A stretch of DNA of 63,984 nucleotides, filler included, from an uncultured bacterium (GCA_964372275.1; 10 parts of 10 records of this genome joined end to end with filler, not necessarily neighbours in it), one strand, 5' to 3'; shown: positions 8,776-20,745, counted from the first letter of the whole stretch. Notes: generated from the letters alone by a model not told the origin. Numbers and translations: made by a program.

Positions 8776-10533
8776 ATCGAGATTCATGGAAACACGCTGG
8801 GCTTGAAGCCGGCGGACGTTCACGATCTGGAGCGCACCTACCGGCGGCGGGTGCTGCCGGATGAGGTCTGCTCGCCGGAGCTGGCGCGGCACCTGGCCTC
8901 GGTGAGTCGGGCGATCGGGCGGCAGGTCGGGGTGTTGCTCGGGCGCGACGGGCACGTGCAGTCGGTGATCGTCGGCGACGCAGCGAAGATCGAGCTGCCG
9001 GACGTGGGGCGACTGCGCGGCGGGCCGACCCGGTTCCGGGGCATCCGTCTGGTGCACACGCATCTCAAAGGGGAGCCGCTCACGCAGGACGACCTGAACG
9101 ACCTGGCGCTGCTGCGCCTCGACCTGGTAGCGGCGATCGAGGTCTTGCCGTCGGGGCTGCCGGGGCGGATCGACGCAGCGCACGTTCTCCCGGCGCGTCC
9201 CGAGCCGGTCGGGGGCGAGGCGCGCGCCGGAAAGGGCGACGGCGAGGCCTACGCCCACTTCAGCGCGCCGGCGGTGCACCAGCTCGCGATCGACTTCGGC
9301 GAGACGATGCGGGCGCTGGAGGCGGAGTTCGCGCACGCGGAGCGTGGGCGCGGGGCGGCAACCGGGCGCGAGCGGGCGGTACTCGTCGGCGTGCAGCCGG
9401 ACGACGAGGCGTTCGCGGAGATGAAGGAGCTGGTCGCGGCCTCCAACACCCATCTGGCGGGAGAAATCCGGCAGAAGCGGGACAAGATCCACCCCCGCAC
9501 GGTCGTCGGGAAGGGGAAGCTCGACGAGATCGCGCTGCTCGCCATGCGGCGCCGCGCGGAGACGGCGATCTTCGACATCGAGCTGAAGCCGGCGCAGGCC
9601 CGCGCCTTCGAGGACGCCACCGGCCTCAAGGCGATCGACCGCACGCAGCTCATCCTCGACATCTTCGCCCAGCGCGCCCGCAGCCGGGACGGCAAGCTGC
9701 AGGTGGAGCTGGCGCAGCTCAAGTATTCGCTCCCCCGCCTGTCGGAAAAGGACACCGGGTTGTCGCGCCTCACCGGCGGGATCGGCGCGCGGGGTCCGGG
9801 CGAGACGGTGCTCGAGATCTCCAAGCGGCGCATCCACGACCGGGTGCGGCTGCTCGAGCGCGAGATCGAGAAGCTGTCGCAGCAGCGCGACCTGCGCCGC
9901 AGCCGCCGCCGATCCGAGAACCTGCCGGTGATCTCGATCATCGGCTACACCAACGCCGGCAAGAGCACGCTGCTCAACGTCCTGACCCGCTCGGAGATCG
10001 AGGCGGCGAACAAGCTGTTCGTGACGCTCGATCCGACCAGCCGGCGGCTCCGCTTCCCCCGCCAGGGAGAGGTGATCGTCACCGACACCGTCGGCTTCAT
10101 CCGCGACCTGCCGGACGACCTGGTAAACGCCTTCCGCGCCACGCTGGAGGAGTTGTCCGAGGCCGACCTCCTGTTGCACGTCGTCGACGCCGCCGATCCG
10201 CAGCTCGACGCGAAGAGGCGCGCCGTGGAGAAGATCCTGGGCGAGATCCGGACGCGCGATCTCGGCCCCGCCACCGAGACCGGCTACCGCCGCGCCGACC
10301 GGAAGGGGGAGGCGCCCGAGCGCACCGCCGCCGACATCCCGCGGTTGGTGGTGCTGAACAAGTCCGACCTGCTCGATCCGCTCGAGGCGCGCGCGCTCGC
10401 CGACAGCCTGGGCGGGGTCGCGGTCTCGGCCACGGAGCGCCTGGGGATCGACGCCCTGATCGAGCGCTGCGAAGAGATCCTCCGCCCGACGCGCAAGCGC
10501 CTGCAGCTCTCCGAGCCGACGCTCCCCGGCTGA
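8776..10533 (+). CDS. hflX: GTPase HflX (long N-terminal form)
   Basis: [27 protein letters not shown] GTPase motifs; GIGARGPGE. Start placed at ATC 8776 (see findings); the ORF track uses TTG 8803. Confidence 0.95.
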   Translation: MEIHGNTLGLKPADVHDLERTYRRRVLPDEVCSPELARHLASVSRAIGRQVGVLLGRDGHVQSVIVGDAAKIELPDVGRLRGGPTRFRGIRLVHTHLKGEPLTQDDLNDLALLRLDLVAAIEVLPSGLPGRIDAAHVLPARPEPVGGEARAGKGDGEAYAHFSAPAVHQLAIDFGETMRALEAEFAHAERGRGAATGRERAVLVGVQPDDEAFAEMKELVAASNTHLAGEIRQKRDKIHPRTVVGKGKLDEIALLAMRRRAETAIFDIELKPAQARAFEDATGLKAIDRTQLILDIFAQRARSRDGKLQVELAQLKYSLPRLSEKDTGLSRLTGGIGARGPGETVLEISKRRIHDRVRLLEREIEKLSQQRDLRRSRRRSENLPVISIIGYTNAGKSTLLNVLTRSEIEAANKLFVTLDPTSRRLRFPRQGEVIVTDTVGFIRDLPDDLVNAFRATLEELSEADLLLHVVDAADPQLDAKRRAVEKILGEIRTRDLGPATETGYRRADRKGEAPERTAADIPRLVVLNKSDLLDPLEARALADSLGGVAVSATERLGIDALIERCEEILRPTRKRLQLSEPTLPG

Positions 10534-10541
10534 CGCCGCCG

Positions 10542-11507
10542 CTACTCGATCCTGACGGCGCCGGCCGCGCGGCCGCCGCTCGCCTTCACCGCGCGGTTCA
10601 GGAACTCTGTCCACAGCGCCACCTGCTCCGCGCGTCCGAAGCGGTCGAAGGCGATCGCGGTCATCGGCTGGTTGAACGTGGTGACGCTCTCCACCGCCAC
10701 CCGCACCCGTCCGTCGTCGAGCGACGTCACCTGGAACCGGTTCTCGCCGGCGAGCGGGTGTCCGTCGAGGGTGGTGACGACGATCGACCGCGTCGGGCCC
10801 GTCGTCCGCACGCCGGTGACCACCACCGCCATCTGCGGGTCGTCCGGAACCAGGCGATCGAACGGCCGGTGCGCGTGCGTCTGGATCAGGAACCGGTCGC
10901 CGAGCCTCACCGGACCGCCGGTCGTCTTGTAGAAGTGGGCGCGCGCCGGATCGATCAGGTCGGTGAATCGGGTCGAAAGCGTGCGGAACAGCCGGTCGGC
11001 GTCGGCGCCCTCGATTACCACCGAATACCTGTGGACGGTCGCCATGCCGACCCCCAGCTCCAGGATCTGGAACGGAAGCGCCTCGACTCGCCGTGCCGCC
11101 GCGCCGCGGATCCGGGAGTGCGGCGCGGTGTCGGCCCCTGAAAGCGTCTCGCCGATTCTCGACGCCGCCGTCCGGACGTCGTCCTCCGTCCACGGCTTCG
11201 CGCGCGTGACGGATGCGAAGGCTCGGTCGAGTCGTCCGCGCTCTCCGGCCGAGAGGGCCGGGTCGCCGTCGGCGTCTTTCACGCGGTAGACCAGTTCCCG
11301 CAGCAACGACTCGGCGCGACCGGGGCGCGCCCGGCCTCGGAACGACTCCCACGGATCGGAGACGGTCACCGGAATCCGTCGCACCGTGGAAAGAGCGTAG
11401 AGCAGCTCCGCGAGCGCGTCGGTGGCCGAACGATCGCACTCCGCCCGCGCCGTCGCCGGCAGCAACAGCGCGAACAATACCACCCATCGTCGAACCGTAC
11501 CGCCCAT
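10542..11507 (-). CDS. Secreted hypothetical protein, C-terminal DUF1990/SRPBCC-like domain
   Basis: ATG 11507 with GGAGG RBS; signal peptide ...LFALLLPATARA; TTLDGHPLAGENRF motif resembles DUF1990. Confidence 0.65.
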   Translation of the reverse strand: MGGTVRRWVVLFALLLPATARAECDRSATDALAELLYALSTVRRIPVTVSDPWESFRGRARPGRAESLLRELVYRVKDADGDPALSAGERGRLDRAFASVTRAKPWTEDDVRTAASRIGETLSGADTAPHSRIRGAAARRVEALPFQILELGVGMATVHRYSVVIEGADADRLFRTLSTRFTDLIDPARAHFYKTTGGPVRLGDRFLIQTHAHRPFDRLVPDDPQMAVVVTGVRTTGPTRSIVVTTLDGHPLAGENRFQVTSLDDGRVRVAVESVTTFNQPMTAIAFDRFGRAEQVALWTEFLNRAVKASGGRAAGAVRIE

Positions 11508-11534
11508 GACCCGAACCTCCCGGCATCGATAGGG

Positions 11535-11550
11535 GCAATGCCGGTGCCAA
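11535..11550 (-). promoter_or_regulatory. Sigma-54 promoter (consensus)
   Basis: Minus strand TTGGCAC-CGGCA-TTGC; IHF-like AATCATGTGGTTG just upstream (~11567-11579). Confidence 0.8.
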
Positions 11551-11688
11551 GCTCGAACGGACGGAAAATCATGTGGTTGCGGGATCACCTCGACCGTCAT
11601 CGCGGCGCGCGGATCCCGACGCCGACAGATCGAGTTGCCGGGCCGGCCGCCTCGCGTTTTCGGACGACCATCGGCTACGCTCCACCGC

Positions 11689-12537
11689 GTGCCGACGCAT
11701 CTTCCCGGGACGCTTCGCCTTCGCTCCGAGGACGGCGCGGTGCTGGAGGTTGCGGCGGGCTCGCCGCTCCCTGCCGAGCGGTCGCTCTCGCACCGGGTGG
11801 GCGAGGCCGAGCGGTGGTCCGTCGAGCTCGAGTACCGCGCTGCCGGGGGCGTCCCGCTCCGCCGCCGGCTCCCGCTGCTTCTCTGGGACGGGCGCCCCGC
11901 CGACGGACACGCGGTCGCGCTTTCGCTCTGGGTCAGCCCCCACCGCGCCGCGTTCGTGGAGATCGCCGTCGCGGACGAGCGCTACCGCTACGACCCGATC
12001 GCGCTCCCCGACGGACTGGGACGCCTGGGGATCGCGCCGCCACCGTCCGGCGGACTTCTCGTCGAGCGCGGCGTCGTCTCCGCCGCAACGCCGACGCCGG
12101 AAGGGTTGCGCCTGGTGACCGCGTGCGACGCCTGCGCCGAGCCGTTTGCGATCCGGCCGCGCCACGCCGGGCACGCCGAGCTCGACTTCTTCTATTGCGA
12201 TCGATGTCCCCGCGCCGCGCTCGTCTCGCGCGGCGATCCCAAAGCGATCGGCTTCTGGAGCGGCCTCGAGACGCGACGGCTCGACCTGGTCGACGATCCG
12301 TCGAGCACCCCCGAAGCCGCGGTGCGCGACAACCTCGCCGTCTACGCCGCGATCGAAGCGGCGCTCCGTCCCTGCCCGTGCGGCGGCCGCTTCCGCTTCC
12401 TCGCCGACCTGCGAGCCCCGTGCTGCGCCGCCCCCTACACCGCCTTCCGGGGCGATCTCTGGCGCCGCCTTTCCGAGACCCACGTCGCGCTGGTCCGCGG
12501 CGTCGAGCCGCTCACCTCCGACATCGTCTGGCGATAG
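11689..12537 (+). CDS. Hypothetical protein with Cys-rich, probably Zn-binding C-terminal domain
   Basis: CDAC, FYCDRC, CPCGG, PCC motifs; start uncertain (GTG 11689 or TTG 11635). Confidence 0.6.
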   Translation: MPTHLPGTLRLRSEDGAVLEVAAGSPLPAERSLSHRVGEAERWSVELEYRAAGGVPLRRRLPLLLWDGRPADGHAVALSLWVSPHRAAFVEIAVADERYRYDPIALPDGLGRLGIAPPPSGGLLVERGVVSAATPTPEGLRLVTACDACAEPFAIRPRHAGHAELDFFYCDRCPRAALVSRGDPKAIGFWSGLETRRLDLVDDPSSTPEAAVRDNLAVYAAIEAALRPCPCGGRFRFLADLRAPCCAAPYTAFRGDLWRRLSETHVALVRGVEPLTSDIVWR

Positions 12538-12560
12538 GCGGGGGCGCCGAGCCCCCGTGG

Positions 12561-13851
<1,291 letters not shown>

Positions 13852-13952
13852 NNNNNNNNNNNNNNNNNNNNNNNNNNNNNNNNNNNNNNNNNNNNTTAAT
13901 TAATTAANNNNNNNNNNNNNNNNNNNNNNNNNNNNNNNNNNNNNNNNNNNNC

Positions 13953-16331
13953 TGCTACCGACGTTTCCTCCAGATGTTCGGAAACGTCGTGTTCGGGATC
14001 GACAAGGACGCGTTCGAGCACGTTCTCGCCAAGGCGCGCACGGCCGCGAAGGTCGAATCGGACGCCGGCCTCCCCGTCGACCGCCTCCGGAAACTGGTCG
14101 CCGACTACAAGAAGGTCTACCGCCAGGTCGCCAAGCGCGCCTTCCCCGACGACGTCCACGAGCAGCTCGGTCTCGCCCGCGATGCCGTCTTCCAGTCCTG
14201 GAACAATCCGCGGGCGACGACCTACCGCACGCTCAACGGGATTCCGCACGACCTCGGCACGGCGGTGACGGTGCAGGCGATGGTCTTCGGGAACACCGGC
14301 GAACGCTCGGCGACCGGCGTCGGCTTCACCCGCAACCCGGCGACCGGGGCCCGTGAGTTCTACGGCGAGTTCCTGCAGAACGCGCAAGGGGAGGACGTGG
14401 TGGCGGGGATCCGCACGCCGCGCCCCTTGTCCGAGCTCAAGTGGGTTCTCCCCGAGGCCTACGCGCAGCTGCTGGAGATCGCAGGCCGGCTGGAGCGGCA
14501 CTACGCCGACATGCAGGACTTCGAGTTCACGATCCAGGACGGCCGCCTGTTCATGCTGCAGACCCGCAACGGCAAGCGCACCGGTTTCGCGGCGGTTCGA
14601 ATCGCCTGCGACCTCCTGGACGAGGGGCGGATCGGCGAGATCGAGGCGCTCGAGCGGATCGACCCCGACAGCCTGAACCAGCTCTTGCACCCGGTCTTCG
14701 ATCCCGAGGAACGGGCCAAGGTCCTGTGGGACGCGCGCGGGCTCCCCGCGTCGCCGGGGGCCGCCACCGGACGGGCGGTCTTCACCGCCGACGATGCCGT
14801 CGCGCGCGCGGCGCAAGGGTGGGCGGTGGTGTTGGTGCGGCAGGAGACCGAGCCGAACGACATCCACGGGATGCACGTGGCGAAGGGGTTCCTCACCGCC
14901 ACCGGGGGCATGACCAGCCACGCTGCGGTCGTCGGCCGGCAGATGGGAAAGCCGGCCGTGGTGGGCTGCGGCACGCTGCGCATCGACGCCAAGCGGAAGC
15001 GCCTCACCATCGGCGCCAAGACGATCGGCGAGGGGGATGCGCTGTCGATCGACGGTTCGACCGGTGAGGTGATCCTCGCCGAGGTCCCGACCGTCCCCTC
15101 CGAGGTGATCCAGGTGGTGACCGGGCGATTGGCCGCGGACGAGAGCCCCATCTACCAGGGGTTCTCGCGGATCCTGTCGATCGCCGACCGCCATCGCCGC
15201 CTGAAGGTCCGCGCCAACGCCGACGTTCCGCGCGACGCCAAGGTCGCCTTCGGCGCCGAGGGGATCGGGCTCTGCCGCACCGAGCACATGTTCTTCGACG
15301 AGGACCGCATCCCCAAGGTGCAGGCGATGATCCTCGCCGAGACGCCGGCGGAGCGGGAGAAGGCGCTGGCGGCGCTGCTGCCGTTGCAGCGGAAGGACTT
15401 CCAGGGGCTGTTCGCGGAGATGGACGGCCGGCCGGTGACGATCCGGTTGATCGACCCGCCGCTCCACGAATTCCTCCCCAAGAAGGCCGAGATCCAGGCG
15501 GAGATCGCGCGCCTGTCGACCGCCGACGGGACGGTCCCGCCGAAGCAGCGGAAGAAGGTCCAGGCCCTCCAGAAGCTCCTGGAACGGGTCGAGGATCTGC
15601 ACGAGTTCAATCCGATGCTGGGGCACCGCGGATGCCGGCTCGGAATCACCTTTCCCGAGATCACCCGCATGCAGACCCGCGCGCTGGTCGAGGCGGCGTG
15701 CGACGTCGCCGCGAAGGGGATCCGGGTGCTGCCGGAGATCATGGTGCCGCTGGTCGGCGACGCGAACGAGCTCAAACACCAGCGGAACGTGATCGTGACC
15801 GAGGTCGCCCGCGTGCTCGCCGAGCGGAAGGTCGAGATCGAGTTCAGGGTCGGCACGATGATCGAGCTGCCGCGCGGCTGCGTCACCGCCGAACGGGTCG
15901 CCGCCGAGGCGGAGTTCTTCTCCTTCGGCACCAACGACCTGACGCAGACCACCTTCGGGATGAGCCGCGACGACTCCGGGTCGTTCCTCTCGGAGTACGT
16001 CGCGCGCGGGATCCTGCCGGCCGACCCGTTCGCGCGGCTCGACCGCGACGGGGTGGGGGAGCTGATGCGGCTGGCGTCGATCAAGGGTCGAGGCGCCCGC
16101 CCCTCCTTGAAGCTCGGGATCTGCGGCGAGCACGGAGGGGACCCGAGCTCGATCGAGTTCTGTCACGAGCTGGGGCTCGACTACGTCTCGGCCAGCCCCT
16201 TCCGGGTGCCGATCGCCCGGCTGGCGGCGGCGCGGGCCGCGATCCGGGACGAGAAGGCCTCGCTTTCCGGGGCCGGGACGGGGACGCGCGCGACGGTTGC
16301 CGCCGGGTCGGGCGCGGCCGCGCGTCAGTAG
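13953..16331 (+). CDS. ppdK: Pyruvate, phosphate dikinase (5' truncated)
   Basis: NAQGEDVVAGIRTP, GGMTSHAAVV (phospho-His), GIGLCRTEHMFF, FSFGTNDLTQ, GICGEHGGDP. Confidence 0.97.
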   Translation, partial: CYRRFLQMFGNVVFGIDKDAFEHVLAKARTAAKVESDAGLPVDRLRKLVADYKKVYRQVAKRAFPDDVHEQLGLARDAVFQSWNNPRATTYRTLNGIPHDLGTAVTVQAMVFGNTGERSATGVGFTRNPATGAREFYGEFLQNAQGEDVVAGIRTPRPLSELKWVLPEAYAQLLEIAGRLERHYADMQDFEFTIQDGRLFMLQTRNGKRTGFAAVRIACDLLDEGRIGEIEALERIDPDSLNQLLHPVFDPEERAKVLWDARGLPASPGAATGRAVFTADDAVARAAQGWAVVLVRQETEPNDIHGMHVAKGFLTATGGMTSHAAVVGRQMGKPAVVGCGTLRIDAKRKRLTIGAKTIGEGDALSIDGSTGEVILAEVPTVPSEVIQVVTGRLAADESPIYQGFSRILSIADRHRRLKVRANADVPRDAKVAFGAEGIGLCRTEHMFFDEDRIPKVQAMILAETPAEREKALAALLPLQRKDFQGLFAEMDGRPVTIRLIDPPLHEFLPKKAEIQAEIARLSTADGTVPPKQRKKVQALQKLLERVEDLHEFNPMLGHRGCRLGITFPEITRMQTRALVEAACDVAAKGIRVLPEIMVPLVGDANELKHQRNVIVTEVARVLAERKVEIEFRVGTMIELPRGCVTAERVAAEAEFFSFGTNDLTQTTFGMSRDDSGSFLSEYVARGILPADPFARLDRDGVGELMRLASIKGRGARPSLKLGICGEHGGDPSSIEFCHELGLDYVSASPFRVPIARLAAARAAIRDEKASLSGAGTGTRATVAAGSGAAARQ

Positions 16332-16478
16332 AAGAAGCAGCCGAAGCTCAAGGCCGACTCGAAGACGTAGAGCTTGGGGATCGTGAGCCCGGCCGTCTGG
16401 TCGGGACGCCGGGTCGGGAGGCTGGCGCGATGGCGCAGCTCGAATTCGAGGAACACCACCGTCCCGATCCACCCGCGC
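16325..16478 (-). pseudogene. Degenerate copy of the 3' end of the beta-barrel gene at 17761-18627
   Basis: 16325-16453 aligns without gaps to 17761-17889 with about 11 substitutions by hand comparison; weak similarity continues to ~16478. Confidence 0.9.
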
Positions 16479-16479
16479 A

Positions 16480-17310
16480 TTAGAAGCCGCCGCTGAAGGT
16501 CGACTTCCAGGTGCCGATCGACCCCTCAAGCGTCGTCATCAGCGTCACGGCGTTCGAGGAAAGGTTGCCTTCGATCGTGAGGGTCGACGCCCCATTGCTC
16601 TCCGAATGGGAGAACGATCCATCGGCGCGCACGGGCACGAGCACGTTCGATCCCGACGCGATGCCGGCCTCGAGTCTCAAGAAGATCGAACCGGGTCGAT
16701 CGGAGAGAAGCGTCACTTTGCCGCGCACCGCCTCGGGGGCCGCCTGCCCGGTGGTCGAGATCCAGGCTTCGCGGGTGCCGGTCAGCTCGATCTCCTTCTG
16801 CACGAAGGTCGAGGGCACCGGCGTGCCGTCGGCACGAACCGCCCCCTGCCAATCCCAGTGCTTCTTGGAGATGACTCCGCGAACTTCGCCGGTCGAATCG
16901 TCCCTGTCGAGGTTGACAACGTCCTGGGTGGCCCGAACCACGAGCGCGCCCCCTTCGACGGTGACCCTGCCGGAGTGTCTGTTGGAGCTGCTGGGGAACC
17001 GCACGTCGCGTCTCGTATCGTCGATGAAGAACGTTCCATCCGCCTCGAGGGGAACGGTGAGATTTCGCTGGTAGCCCGCGCTGACGGTCACGGTTACGGA
17101 GCCGCCGGTCTTGGTCACGACGTAGCTGCGGGTGGAATCGAGAAAGCGGGTCGTGACGACGTACTTTCCGTCGGCGAATCCGTCGAGCGGTCCCGCCGCG
17201 GGACGCAGGCCGATCACGGCCAAGGTGTCGTCGATCGACTGCGGGCCGGGAAGCGGGCCGTCGGTGCAGATGCCGGAAGCGAGCGCGAGCATGAGCGGCA
17301 GCGTTCTCAT
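16480..17310 (-). CDS. Secreted beta-rich hypothetical protein with internal duplication
   Basis: ATG 17310 with GGAG RBS; short hydrophobic N-terminus MRTLPLMLALASGIC; repeated motifs VPLEADGTF / VPVRADGSF. Confidence 0.7.
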   Translation of the reverse strand: MRTLPLMLALASGICTDGPLPGPQSIDDTLAVIGLRPAAGPLDGFADGKYVVTTRFLDSTRSYVVTKTGGSVTVTVSAGYQRNLTVPLEADGTFFIDDTRRDVRFPSSSNRHSGRVTVEGGALVVRATQDVVNLDRDDSTGEVRGVISKKHWDWQGAVRADGTPVPSTFVQKEIELTGTREAWISTTGQAAPEAVRGKVTLLSDRPGSIFLRLEAGIASGSNVLVPVRADGSFSHSESNGASTLTIEGNLSSNAVTLMTTLEGSIGTWKSTFSGGF

Positions 17311-17340
17311 CGAGGTCTCCGAGTTGTTTGCTTCCGAGTT

Positions 17341-17356
17341 AGCAACGGCCGGGCCG
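17341..17356 (-). promoter_or_regulatory. Sigma-54 promoter
   Basis: Minus strand CGGCCC-GGCCG-TTGCT (GG-N10-GC) upstream of ATG 17310. Confidence 0.55.
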
Positions 17357-17449
17357 ATGAGAAAACCGCGGAGAAACATGCGCATCCGCTCGTGAGACCG
17401 ATGCATATGCGTCATCGGCCCCTCGGCGTGACCTATCCACCGCACCGGA

Positions 17450-17697
17450 CGAGCTGCCGCGCGGCTGTGTCACCGCCGAGCGGTCGCCGCCGAGACGGAG
17501 TTCTTCTCCTTCGGCACCAACAACCTGACGCAGACGACCTTCGGGATGATCCGCGACGACGCCGGGTCGTTCCTCTCGGAGTACGTCGCGCGCGGGATCC
17601 TTCCGGTCGACCCGTTCGCGCAGCTCGACCGCGAGGGGGTGGGGGAGCCGATGCGGCTGGCGTCGGCGCGAGCCGCGATCCGGGCGAGAAGGTCGTC
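17450..17697 (+). pseudogene. Degenerate copy of the ppdK 3' region
   Basis: Matches 15863-16262 with two 1-bp deletions and a 150-bp deletion between the CGGCTGGCG microhomologies at 16068 and 16218. Confidence 0.9.
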
Positions 17698-17760
17698 GAC
17701 TCGACCCGTATCCGACCGGATCGGATCCGAACCTGTAACCGCTATCGATCGGGTCGGGTC

Positions 17761-18627
17761 TTAGTAGAAGAAGTAGCCGAAGCTCAAGGCCGACTCGAAG
17801 ACGTAGATCTTGGGGATGGTGAACTCGGCCGTCTGGTCGGGACGCCGGGTCGGGAGACTGGCGCGGTAGCGCAGCTCGAATCCGACGAATCCGAACTCGA
17901 CCACCCGCACGTCGAGTCCGGTGCCCAGGACGAACTGGAAGAACGGCTGCGTCCCCTTGCCGGTGACGGTGTCCTTGGAGCCGGCGTTGGTCACCTTGCC
18001 TTCGGCCTCGGTGTAGAGCGGACCCATCCCGGAGTAGAGCTTCGGAAGGAAGACGGCCCTGCCGGTGAATCCGGAGGTCAGCGGAATGGTGAAGGCGTAG
18101 AGAAAGGCAGGGGAGTAGACGTGAAGCTTTCCCTCGAATTTGGAGTCGGGGGTGACCGCGGTCCGGAAGAACATCGGCCGCGGATTCTTCATGTCGTGGA
18201 AGCTGTAGCCGAAGTCGAACCAGAGCTGGTTGGCCGGCGAGATCTGGGCCATCAGCCGGAAGGAAAAGCCGACCCCGCTGCGGAAGCTCGTCTTGACCAC
18301 ATCGCCGGCGAGGCTGACGTAGGTCGGCTGGATCCCGACGCCGAACGTCCGCTCCTGCATCCGGTAGCGCGTCTTGTAGTTGCGGCGGCGCGCGCCGATG
18401 CGCGGGGCGGCACCGTCCGGTTCCGGCGCATCGACGGGGGCGAACTCCAGCCCTTCCAGTTCGAGCGAGGCCTTGGCCAGCGACTCCTGCCACGCCGCCG
18501 AGACGAGGCGTGGCGCCGGCGGACCGGACTCCGAACCCGTCCCGGAGGCGGCCTTCGCGTCGGGCATCGCCGCGGCAGCGGCAAGAACGGCGGCCAGCAG
18601 GGGCGTGGTCAGAAGCATTCGTTCCAT
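17761..18627 (-). CDS. Outer-membrane beta-barrel protein
   Basis: Signal peptide, alternating amphipathic strands, aromatic C-terminus SFGYFFY. Confidence 0.75.
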   Translation of the reverse strand: MERMLLTTPLLAAVLAAAAAMPDAKAASGTGSESGPPAPRLVSAAWQESLAKASLELEGLEFAPVDAPEPDGAAPRIGARRRNYKTRYRMQERTFGVGIQPTYVSLAGDVVKTSFRSGVGFSFRLMAQISPANQLWFDFGYSFHDMKNPRPMFFRTAVTPDSKFEGKLHVYSPAFLYAFTIPLTSGFTGRAVFLPKLYSGMGPLYTEAEGKVTNAGSKDTVTGKGTQPFFQFVLGTGLDVRVVEFGFVGFELRYRASLPTRRPDQTAEFTIPKIYVFESALSFGYFFY

Positions 18628-19097
18628 TCGCAAGGGCATTGGGGCGTGGCGGCCGCCCTGGTGTCGACGAACATCACTTCGAGCGGGAAGCCGTAATGCG
18701 GGTCGTCGGGATCCGGGGCGAGGACGTAGTCGAACCAGCAGAAGTCCGGCGTACTACACGCCGGGGAGGTGTCTTCGCCGTCGGAGCACAGCCGGTTGGT
18801 GCCGAATCCGTTGCCCTTGGCGTCGAGCTCCCAGGCGTCACAGACCGGGAACTCCCCCAACGTGACGTACGAGGGGCGGAGCTGGTTGCCACTGTCGGAC
18901 ATCTCGGCGGCGTCGACCTTGCCGATGAACCGGCCGTTCAGCCGGATGTCGGCCGACCCCTCGGCGAAGTAGTTCACGAACCGGATCCGAAAATAGGACC
19001 CGTTCATGAAACCGTCGCACGCCCCGATCTCGTCCTCGGCGCAGGAAAACAAAACGACAGCCGCCGTCGCCGCGAGAAACAAGCCGAATCGACGCAT
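18609..19097 (-). CDS. Cys-rich lipoprotein
   Basis: MRRFGLFLAATAAVVLFSC lipobox; eight further Cys. Confidence 0.7.
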   Translation of the reverse strand: MRRFGLFLAATAAVVLFSCAEDEIGACDGFMNGSYFRIRFVNYFAEGSADIRLNGRFIGKVDAAEMSDSGNQLRPSYVTLGEFPVCDAWELDAKGNGFGTNRLCSDGEDTSPACSTPDFCWFDYVLAPDPDDPHYGFPLEVMFVDTRAAATPQCPCEWNECF

Positions 19098-19105
19098 GCG
19101 AGACC

Positions 19106-19152
19106 ATTCTATCGAACGGCCCCTTGCGGGGCAAAAACGCATCGGCTAGCGT
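19106..19152. promoter_or_regulatory. Overlapping divergent sigma-70-type promoters
   Basis: Minus strand TTGCCC-N17-TAGAAT, 8 nt before ATG 19097; plus strand TTGCGG-N17-TAGCGT, 10 nt before ATG 19163. Confidence 0.55.
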
Positions 19153-19162
19153 CGCCTGCCCG

Positions 19163-20745
19163 ATGCCTACGACGTCGCGATATGCCTGGATTTTCGCCGC
19201 TTCGGCGTTGGCCCTGGCGGCCTGCAAGCCGGAGCGGAAACCGGGGGCGATCGGGATCTCGATCGAGACGCCGTCGTCGTTGGCCCTCGCCGGCTCCGGC
19301 CCGGACGGCGTGCTCCTGGTGAGCAACGCCAACTTCCAGCTGCGATACGCGACCGGATCGCTCCTGGCGATCGATCTCTCGGCGGTCGACGAGGGGTCGA
19401 GGCTCAACCGGATCGAGAACGTGGCGTCGGCGGCCGCCGAGCTCCCGTCGTTCGTGGGGCCGGTGGCGCTCGCGCCCGACGGAGTGACGGCGCTTGTCAC
19501 CAACCGGCTGACCGAAGGGGAGGCGCGGTCGGCCCCCGACCGGCTGTTCTTCGTCGACGTGAGCGATCCGTTGCAGCCGGTGGCGCTCGATCTCGACGCG
19601 GCGACGGCGGGGACGCAGTCGTCGATCCTCGTCGGCGAGGACCCGTTCGGCGTGCGCGCCCTGCGGTTGCCTCCAGCGGGCCCCGGGTTGCCGGCGCGGG
19701 ACCGCGCCTTCGTCGCCAACGGCAACAGCTCGTCGATCAGCGTTGTCAATCTCACCGCGGGGACGTTCTGCGCCGACGCGACGCCGGCCCCCTGCCGGGA
19801 GGACGCGGTGCCGGCGCCGCGCGCGTCGTCCGCCCTCTTCGAGGACGCCGGACCTGCCTCGGAGCTCGACCTGGTCGGGCCCGGCCTGTCGCCTTCGCGC
19901 ACCCGGACGGAACGGTGGACCGTCACCTTCGTCGAGGGGGCCGGTTTGTGCCCGGCGCCCGCCGATCCCACGATCCCCGACGGCTACTGGCGCGTGGAGG
20001 GTTCGGTCAGCGGGGTGCTGCGCAGTCATGCCTGCACCGGCGTGCTCTACGTCGGCGATTCCCTGCGCGTCTCGTTCACCGTGCAGCAGGTCGGACCCCC
20101 GCCCACGGAGGGGGACGCGTTCACCTTCGAGACGTTCGAGGGGGACCTGGACGTTCCGTCGGACGTGAAGCTGACCCGATTCGTCGACGGGGCGTCGATC
20201 AGCGGCAACGGCGTCGGCCAGCTCCTCTACGACGAGCCGAGGCGGCGGGTCTACGCCACCAGCCGGCGCACCAGCGTCGTCTACGTGCTCGACGCCGAGT
20301 CCTATCGTTTCCGCGGCGCGTTCTCGGTCGGGGCCGACTTCTCCGGGGTCGACTCGAGAGGGATGGCGCTGTCTCCCGACGGGACGGAGCTGTACGTGCT
20401 GAACCGGGCCCCGGACGCGCTGCTGGTAGTCGACCCCGACGCCCTGGAGGACCGCCACGAGGCGACCTTCGTCCGCAACGCGGTCGTCGATTCGATCCAC
20501 CTGTCGGCGGCGCCGTCGGAGATGGTCGTGTCGGCGAACGGGCGGTACGCCGTCGTCACCTCCTACGACGCCAATCTCGTCGAGGTGGTCGATCTGGTCG
20601 CACGCACGCGCTTGCGGACCGCCCCCACCAGTCGAGGTCCCTTCGCGATCGTCCCGTCGGCGGACGGGACCCGCGCCTACGTCGCCGCGTACCTGGAGTC
20701 GGCGATCGACGTCGTCGACACCGATCCGGCGAGCGCGCGGTTCGG
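19163..20745 (+). CDS. YncE/YVTN-like beta-propeller lipoprotein (3' truncated)
   Basis: Lipobox LAAC; repeats VGEDPFGV, ALSPDGTELYV, SADGTRAYVA. Confidence 0.8.

Noticed and set aside
15225-15265. ppdK seems two residues short before GAEGIGLCRTEH (DAKVAFGAEG)
   Set aside because: In frame, catalytic motifs intact; could be natural variation or a collapsed microrepeat, and cannot be judged without an alignment.
16325-17889. Diversity-generating retroelement (template/variable repeat pair at a gene 3' end)
   Set aside because: Mismatches are of mixed types, not adenine-specific on either strand; no reverse transcriptase is present; the ppdK end is duplicated too.
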